This document shows, one piece after another, positions 26,223-32,000 of a stretch of DNA of 32,000 bases; the first letter of the stretch is position 1; each line of letters opens with the position of its first letter. The position numbers and the translations under genes are program-made. The DNA is taken from contig CP001848.1 in NCBI GenBank assembly GCA_000025185.1, forward strand, positions 2,730,001 to 2,762,000, given 5' to 3'. The notes below the pieces were generated by a model. The model ran no database searches. It had not been told where the DNA came from and was given only the letters and a program-made list of their open reading frames with translations. The stretch is from Pirellula staleyi DSM 6068 (GTDB taxonomy: Bacteria; Planctomycetota; Planctomycetia; Pirellulales; Pirellulaceae).

Positions 26223-27092
26223 CTAGAACAGTTTCCCGGCATTCGGAACGAGTTGATAGTAAAGCGTGTAGAGCATTTTCCCGAGGAACAGGTCGATCAC
26301 GAGGATCAGGACAAACGAATGGACAAAGGCTGCGGTTGCAGCGCGACCGACACCTTCAGCACCGGGGGTGCAGTGAAAACCGCGATAGCAACTCACCACC
26401 GCAATCGCAGCCCCAAAGAAGAGACTCTTCAGAATGCCACTGAACAGATCGAAGTTGCCGACGAACTGTTCGCTGTTGTACCAGTAGTGATGTTTGTCGA
26501 TGCTTAAAACGACGGTGCTATAGAAATAGCCCCCCACCACTCCCATGAAGTCGGCCATGATTGTGAGGGTGGGAATCAGGAATAGGCACGCGAGAAATCG
26601 TGGGACTACCAGATAGTAAATCGGATCGGCCCCCATGCTCTCCAGCGCGTCGATCTGCTCGGTCACGCGCATCGTGCCGAGTTCTGCTGCCATGGCGCAG
26701 CCAACGCGACCAGCGAGCATCGTCGCGGCCAGCACCGGGCCAAGCTCGCGCACCAGCGTCATGTTGATGACAGCTCCCATGCGCGTTTCGAGTCCCAGAT
26801 CGCGAAACGTAAAGTAGCTCTGCACGGCAAGCACCATGCCGATGAACGTGCCAGTGAGCGCGATCACCGGAAGACTCAGCACACCCACTTGGTAGAAGTT
26901 GGGAAGCAAGGTTTCGCGGCGTGGAAGCTTAAAGAGCATCCAGCTGATCGTGCGCATCGCAAAAATCGTGAGATCGCCAATTGTGATCAGTCCATCGACG
27001 ACCACGGCCCCCCAGTCGGTCACCTGATCGGCAAGCGATTGCAGAATCCCTGCCGGTGGCTGCTGGTTGCTGGTTGGTGCGTCGGTCGACAT
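26223..27092 (-). CDS. mlaE: MlaE-family ABC transporter permease
   Basis: VRELGPVLAATMLAGRVGCAMAAELGTMRVTEQIDALESMGADPIYYLVVPRFLA is the conserved MlaE (PF02405) core. The protein has multiple TM segments. The ATG is at 27092. Confidence 0.9.
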   Translation of the reverse strand: MSTDAPTSNQQPPAGILQSLADQVTDWGAVVVDGLITIGDLTIFAMRTISWMLFKLPRRETLLPNFYQVGVLSLPVIALTGTFIGMVLAVQSYFTFRDLGLETRMGAVINMTLVRELGPVLAATMLAGRVGCAMAAELGTMRVTEQIDALESMGADPIYYLVVPRFLACLFLIPTLTIMADFMGVVGGYFYSTVVLSIDKHHYWYNSEQFVGNFDLFSGILKSLFFGAAIAVVSCYRGFHCTPGAEGVGRAATAAFVHSFVLILVIDLFLGKMLYTLYYQLVPNAGKLF

Positions 27093-27358
27093 CGCAAATC
27101 CTCGCGACTTTCCGTGTCATGTTCTGGAAGTTTTGCTCAGCCGCTTGGGCCGACACTTCGCTCCCTGGATATTGCGCAGGGAGGGATAGTCAGCGGCTAT
27201 TTTCGGTTGTAGCGACTGCAGAGCTTGAGTCGAGTTTACGGCCTGAACCATTTTTTCTGAAGTTTCCGGCAATTTCTGCCGAAGGGAGCCTCACTTCAGT
27301 GCCTTGCTAGCAGGGTTCAGCGCCAATTTGTGGCCCACCTGGGTGTCATTAGCAGAAG

Positions 27359-28621
27359 TTGAGCGAGGGGACGATCCCTTTTGCATTGCCGCTAGCAGAG
27401 AATTACGATCGACCATCCAGCAAGTCCGCAGCGCATGGCCCCGCGCTACTCGCGACACCGCTGCTGCCGGAGGTCCCAGTGACGATTGACCCAGTGGTTC
27501 GATTTCGAAGCGACATCGAGAAGCTCTCGCCGTCGAGTGATCTCTACGCGACGACGTTTGTCGAGAAACTTCTCGCGCTCGCGATTGAGCTTGGCGCGAG
27601 CGATATCCATTTGCAGCCGACCGCAGGCAAGTTGACGATCGATTTGCGGATCGATGGTGTGCTGCAGTCGGTGGGGCTGTTCAGTGCCGGGACCTCGACC
27701 GACATTATCGCGCGGCTGAAGGTGCTGGCCAAACTCCTGACTTATCGAACCGACGTTCCTCAAGAAGGTCGCTTGCACGATCCAGCTCAAGCGATCGAAA
27801 TGCGCATCAGCACCTTTCCGACGATGGCTGGCGAGCGCGCGGTGGTTCGGCTGTTTGCTCCACGTGGCAAGTTGCGCACGCTTGGCGAACTCGAGTTCAG
27901 CGCCGATGTGCTTCGTCAGCTTCACGATTGGCTCGCGCAGTCGAGCGGCGCCATCCTCCTCACAGGACCTGCCGGGAGCGGCAAGTCGACGACCGCTTAC
28001 GCCGCACTGCGCCACGTGGCAAGCAACTCCACCATGCGTCGCAGCATCCTCACGCTTGAAGATCCAATCGAAGTGGTGGTGGAAGGGGCTGTTCAGTCGC
28101 AGGTTCAACCCTCTGCCGGTTTCACCTTGGCAACAGGGCTCCGCTCTCTGCTGCGCCAAGACCCTGAAGTCATCATGGTGGGAGAAGTGCGCGATCGCGA
28201 GACGGTGGAAACCTTGATTCAAGCCTCGCTGACCGGGCATCTCGTCGTGAGCACGTTTCATGCGGGGAGCACCGCTGACGCACTTTGCCGTCTCCTTGAT
28301 CTGGGGATCGAGCCGTACTTGGTACGCTCCGCCATTCGCGGTCTTTGGCATCAACGCCTCTTGCGTCGCCGAGCGGCAGAATCGATGGACTACGCAGGCC
28401 GGTTTCCGATCGTCGAGGTACTTCCGCCGCTCGAAGGGGAGCTTGCAAAGAAACTTCTCGCTCGCAGCGACGCGCGCGAGATTCAGCAGGCGAGTCTATG
28501 CGCGGGAATGATTCCCCTCCGATCGCGCGCGGAAGAAGCACTCGCGAGTGGGAGAACCGATTTGGCCGAGATTGTTCGAGTTCTCGGAATTTCTGCTGGC
28601 GATCCCCCCACGATCGAGTAG
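27359..28621 (+). CDS. GspE/PilB-family secretion ATPase (T2SSE), compact form
   Basis: GASDIHLQP, Walker A GPAGSGKST, Asp box LTLEDPIEV, Walker B VIMVGEVRD, His box LTGHLVVSTFHAG. No in-frame ATG lies upstream of the conserved core, so the start is non-ATG (TTG 27359 or a downstream TTG/GTG). The protein is at most 420 aa. Confidence 0.85.
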   Translation: MSEGTIPFALPLAENYDRPSSKSAAHGPALLATPLLPEVPVTIDPVVRFRSDIEKLSPSSDLYATTFVEKLLALAIELGASDIHLQPTAGKLTIDLRIDGVLQSVGLFSAGTSTDIIARLKVLAKLLTYRTDVPQEGRLHDPAQAIEMRISTFPTMAGERAVVRLFAPRGKLRTLGELEFSADVLRQLHDWLAQSSGAILLTGPAGSGKSTTAYAALRHVASNSTMRRSILTLEDPIEVVVEGAVQSQVQPSAGFTLATGLRSLLRQDPEVIMVGEVRDRETVETLIQASLTGHLVVSTFHAGSTADALCRLLDLGIEPYLVRSAIRGLWHQRLLRRRAAESMDYAGRFPIVEVLPPLEGELAKKLLARSDAREIQQASLCAGMIPLRSRAEEALASGRTDLAEIVRVLGISAGDPPTIE

Positions 28622-28687
28622 AATCGCGTCGCTTATCTAGGCCACTTTTCTATCATCCTCCGTCATATCCGCTCATCTACCACGTCG

Positions 28688-29755
28688 ATGGATCAGCGCA
28701 CCTCCTCCGTACTCGGGATCGAGCAACTCGCTTGCTTACACGACGAGATCGCTGCGATCTCGCGAGCAAAGTTGCCTCTTGGCGATGCGCTCACGGCGTT
28801 TGGCAACGATGTACCTGGAAAGCTCGGAGCAGCAGCGCGTGAAGTGGGGAGTCGAATTGCCAGCGGAGAATCGCTCGAACAAGCGGTCGGGGCCGTTTCC
28901 TCGCACTGGCCGCAGGCTTACTCGGCCGTCGTCAAGATTGGTGTGCGGGTCGGACGACTTCCAGCGGCGCTTGAAGCGATTGCCGATGTCAGCCGCACGA
29001 TTGTGGCTGCCCGACGCGCCGTTCTCTCGGCGATGATCCCACCCCTATTTGTTTTTTTCCTCGGCTATGGACTGTTGCTGTTTTTCATTGCCACCTCCGC
29101 GCAAACGATGCTGGACTTTGCGCTCGAACTCAAAGTGCCTCGCATCGAGCAGTTACAGTCAATATTCGATGCCACGCGATCAACCATGTGGCTCTGGGGC
29201 CCCGCGATCCCACTGCTAATCATCGCCTATCTCGCCTTCTCGTGGTTTCGGCTTGGGCGGACGATTCGAGTTTCCCCCGAACGAGGTCGGCGTTCGCTGC
29301 ATCCAGTCCGACGCCTGGCATCGCTGCAAGCTTTTCAGATGCAGGCTACTTTTTGCGATCTCCTCGCGCTTTTGGTCGAAAACCAAGTTCCTCTTCCTGA
29401 AGCGATTCGACTCGCTCAGCGCGCGCTAGGACCTTCGCTAGAACACCCCTCGCTCGAAGTTTGGGCCACCGCGCTCGAGCGAGGTGAACGTGCTCCTCGA
29501 TTTCCCGAAGTATTGCCGAGCGCTTTGGAAGCCGCTTTAACCAGTGGTGATCCACGCGCAAACGCCCTGGTGCTGCGGGCCATCGCTACCGAGCGCCGTC
29601 GCGAAGCTGCCAGCGGGCTGTACTGGCTCACCACCAAGTTTCCGCTGATTGCTGTCTTCCTCTTCGCCGGATCGATGGCGATCACTTATGTTGCCGTCAC
29701 CATCGTGCCGTGGATGTTGATGCTCAATCGGCTTTCCACACTGGAGGGGTTATGA
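28688..29755 (+). CDS. GspF/PilC-type platform protein, paralog 1 (two T2SSF repeats)
   Basis: Repeat 1: IASGESLEQAVGAVSSHWPQAYSAVVKIGVRVGRLPAALEAIAD, followed by TM IPPLFVFFLGYGLLLFFI. Repeat 2: LVENQVPLPEAIRLAQ...LPSALEAALTSGD, followed by a C-terminal TM. This is the T2SSF (PF00482) pattern, read by eye. Confidence 0.7.
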   Translation: MDQRTSSVLGIEQLACLHDEIAAISRAKLPLGDALTAFGNDVPGKLGAAAREVGSRIASGESLEQAVGAVSSHWPQAYSAVVKIGVRVGRLPAALEAIADVSRTIVAARRAVLSAMIPPLFVFFLGYGLLLFFIATSAQTMLDFALELKVPRIEQLQSIFDATRSTMWLWGPAIPLLIIAYLAFSWFRLGRTIRVSPERGRRSLHPVRRLASLQAFQMQATFCDLLALLVENQVPLPEAIRLAQRALGPSLEHPSLEVWATALERGERAPRFPEVLPSALEAALTSGDPRANALVLRAIATERRREAASGLYWLTTKFPLIAVFLFAGSMAITYVAVTIVPWMLMLNRLSTLEGL

Positions 29756-30798
29756 GCCAAGTCCCTCCTCCCGAAAATGCCCCACTACTAGTTTCTAGTT
29801 CCGCGAATCAGTCGCTTGTTTCGGCCGCCATGCTGCTGGCCACCACACTTTCGCAGCGAGAAGAAGTCCATCTTCGCCGCATCGCCGAGTTGCTCTCGCA
29901 AGGGATGACGATCGACCAGGCTCTCTCGCACGATGCGAAGAAGGTGCGCGTTGTTTCGCTCACGTCGGTCGCTGCGCTGAAGCTCGCAGCCAGCAGCGCT
30001 GAACCAGTCATCGCCATGAGTCGCTGGATCGAAAACCGCGCGCGGGGCAAACGTGTCTGGCAGCGCTTTCGCTCCGCTGTCGGCTATAGCGTCTGGGTAT
30101 CGCTCGGAACCATCGTGCCACTCCTGTTGCTGCAATGGGGCTGGGGTGTTTTCATTTACTCGCCACTGCTCACCATGATTCGCGAATTCGGGCTTAGCAA
30201 CATCCCAGTTCATTTCGAGGGGCTCGAGTGGTGGATGCTCCGAGGAGCGCCAGCCAGTTTGGCGCTGTACATCGCCGCGCTCGTCGCTGTCGGACTCTTT
30301 CGAATCCTCAGCGGCCCACTCGCCTGGTCCCGCTTCAGCCGAGCTATACCCGTTCTTGGTCCGATGCAGCAATGGACATCTGCCGCCTGGTGGATGAAAG
30401 ATCTTTCGCTGCTCCTAGAGTCCGAGCAGACCCTTCCTGCCGCAATTGCAGGGACAAGTCAACTCGGCCACGATCCGGTACTGATCGAGTTGTCCGAAGA
30501 GCTTGGTCGCGAGATCGCATCCGGCCAAACGTTGGCTGCTTCCATCGGCCGCTTTAGTGAGATTCCAGGCTCGGTGATTCCGCTTGTTTCGCTCGGCGAA
30601 AGGCAAAATTCACTTCCTGCCCAGTTGATGTGTGGTGCCGAGATTCTCGAGGCACGACTCGAAGCCTGGGCAGAATTCCTTTCCGGCACGCTCCCCACCA
30701 TTTTGCTGATGTTGGTCGGTCTCGTGGCGTTCGGTCTGCTCTATCAATCGATTGCGATGGGACAGGTGATGATGATGGTGATACAAGGACTTACATAA
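29752..30798 (+). CDS. GspF/PilC-type platform protein, paralog 2
   Basis: ATG 29752 is preceded by GGAGG (29743..29747) and overlaps the upstream stop as ATGA. Repeat 1: LLSQGMTIDQAL. Repeat 2: IASGQTLAASIGRFSEIPGSVIPLVSLGERQNSLPAQL, plus the C-terminal TM LPTILLMLVGLVAFGLLY. Confidence 0.6.
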   Translation: MSQVPPPENAPLLVSSSANQSLVSAAMLLATTLSQREEVHLRRIAELLSQGMTIDQALSHDAKKVRVVSLTSVAALKLAASSAEPVIAMSRWIENRARGKRVWQRFRSAVGYSVWVSLGTIVPLLLLQWGWGVFIYSPLLTMIREFGLSNIPVHFEGLEWWMLRGAPASLALYIAALVAVGLFRILSGPLAWSRFSRAIPVLGPMQQWTSAAWWMKDLSLLLESEQTLPAAIAGTSQLGHDPVLIELSEELGREIASGQTLAASIGRFSEIPGSVIPLVSLGERQNSLPAQLMCGAEILEARLEAWAEFLSGTLPTILLMLVGLVAFGLLYQSIAMGQVMMMVIQGLT

Positions 30799-30864
30799 AG
30801 CGATGGAACGAGACCCGGTTCGGGCAGCCGAACGACCCTAACGTTTTTTGACGAACGATTTCTG

Positions 30865-32000
30865 ATGGGACCTGTTGCGTTTCTACTACTGCTGCCGCTG
30901 GCCGTGGCCCTCAAGATGGCAAGTCGCCTACTCGAGCCGCTCGATCAACGTTCGCGCGCGAGCACGTACTATCTGCTCGATCAGGTAAGCCATCTTCTCT
31001 TTATTTTCGTACTGTTTGCTTTGATCTGGGTACTCACAGGGTGGCTCTCCCTGTTGGTGAACCTGCTGCTGATCGTGGTGCTGCTGATGTATGTCGATCG
31101 CTTTCGACGCGCCGAGCACGAAGCGCTCCTCTGGTCGCTCGCTATCTCAGCCGAACGTGGCGTGAACATCATCGAGGCCGCTGAAGCCTATGCAAGTGAA
31201 TCGACAAGCGACGTGGCAATTCGCAGCAGCGCCATAGCGACCTCGCTACGCGGTGGACAATCGCTCGAAAATGCGGTGCGTTATGCTCGCTTGCGACTCT
31301 CGACCTGCATGAAGCTTGCCGTCAGTTTCGGTGGACGCCTGGGCCGAGTTTCTCCTCTGCTGGAACTTCAGAAAAGCGAGGCCATGGCTGTCGCCAATCA
31401 GCTGCGAGGGCAAGTTCTGAATGTCATCATGCTCCTGTTTCAGCTGTTTGTGCTCTGCTTTGTCGTTTGCTTCACGATACTTAAGATTATGCCCGTGATG
31501 AGAAAAATATTAAGCGAGTTCGGTCTGAAAGAACCCGACGCTTTTCAGTTCGTATATCGGCTGCTTGAGCAAGACTGGTTCTTTCCGCTCGGTGGCATCA
31601 TCGTCACCGTAGTTGCGATTGCTGGGCCGATACTGATGGCTTTGCTGATCTTCATTTACGTCGGATGGATATCACGTGGTCTACCAGGAATCTCTTGGAT
31701 GACTCGCCGCTACGATGCGGCACTTGTCCTCGCGGGAATTCGGCACGGAGTGCTGGCAGGACTTCCGCTCGATGAAACGCTCCTGCGTTTGGCACAGGTT
31801 TATCCCCTTTGGTCGATTCGTCACCGACTCGAATTGGCCCGGCGACGGATTGCGGGTGGAGCCAACTGGACGACTGCTCTGCAGAACGTGGGGCTCCTTC
31901 CTCAGGCGGATGCGGCTCTGCTCGATTCCGCAGAGCGGGCTGGCAATCTCCCTTGGGCTTTGAAGGCAGTGAGTGAAGGACTCCTGCGGAGGCTATTGCG
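30865..32000 (+). CDS. GspF/PilC-type platform protein, paralog 3, with an extra N-terminal hydrophobic region (3' end outside the window)
   Basis: It is not in the ORF track because it has no stop in the window. ATG 30865 is the first start codon after the in-frame TAA at 30796. Translation: MGPVAFLLLLPLAVALK...HLLFIFVLFALIWVLTGWLSLLVNLLLIVVLLMY, then LRGGQSLENAVRYA and LLDSAERAGNLPWALKAVSE (T2SSF-like repeats). It is open to position 32000. Confidence 0.55.
   Translation, partial: MGPVAFLLLLPLAVALKMASRLLEPLDQRSRASTYYLLDQVSHLLFIFVLFALIWVLTGWLSLLVNLLLIVVLLMYVDRFRRAEHEALLWSLAISAERGVNIIEAAEAYASESTSDVAIRSSAIATSLRGGQSLENAVRYARLRLSTCMKLAVSFGGRLGRVSPLLELQKSEAMAVANQLRGQVLNVIMLLFQLFVLCFVVCFTILKIMPVMRKILSEFGLKEPDAFQFVYRLLEQDWFFPLGGIIVTVVAIAGPILMALLIFIYVGWISRGLPGISWMTRRYDAALVLAGIRHGVLAGLPLDETLLRLAQVYPLWSIRHRLELARRRIAGGANWTTALQNVGLLPQADAALLDSAERAGNLPWALKAVSEGLLRRLL

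Noticed and set aside
27446-28354. 302-aa minus-strand ORF opposite the secretion ATPase
   Set aside because: It is antisense to a gene with a full set of T2SSE motifs, so it is a shadow ORF.
1-32000. Search for mobile elements, CRISPR arrays, rRNA/tRNA genes, or a compositionally foreign island
   Set aside because: I saw no transposase, integrase or recombinase-like ORF, no spaced direct-repeat array and no long terminal inverted repeats. No stretch stood out by eye in base composition or codon style. The window looks like core chromosome rather than an accessory island. This is a visual assessment only.

Overview
The window is 32 kb, moderately GC-rich and densely coding. I call 22 protein-coding genes, two of them cut by the window edges. 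By eye I found no rRNA, tRNA, CRISPR array, transposase or integrase. All calls come from reading the translated ORFs and recalling family motifs; no database search was run.

The gene content points to a Planctomycetota (Pirellulales-like) chromosome. This is an inference from a DUF1549/DUF1553 + DUF1501 gene pair, a BBP7-like Cys-rich outer-membrane barrel, and large BatA_N/VWA proteins.

Left to right:
- A membrane protein fragment (-).
- An orphan AAA_5 ATPase.
- A BBP7-like OMP (-).
- A secreted alpha/beta hydrolase.
- The DUF1549/DUF1553 and DUF1501 pair.
- tyrS (-).
- An NHL-repeat propeller.
- A four-gene Bat-like module: giant VWA protein, MoxR, DUF58, BatA-like VWA.
- An orphan phnX.
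- A minus-strand MlaE-MlaF-MlaD-type ABC/MCE set followed by a 1235-aa AsmA/TamB-like anchored protein.
- Divergent from that set, a compact GspE-type ATPase followed by three tandem, mutually divergent full-length GspF/PilC-type platform genes, running off the right edge.

The two most unusual architectures are the ATPase with a triple platform (27.4-32 kb) and the Mla-like transporter genetically linked to a bridge-like giant protein with no MlaB/MlaC/MlaA (20-27 kb). Long antisense ORFs in the track are treated as GC-driven shadow ORFs.
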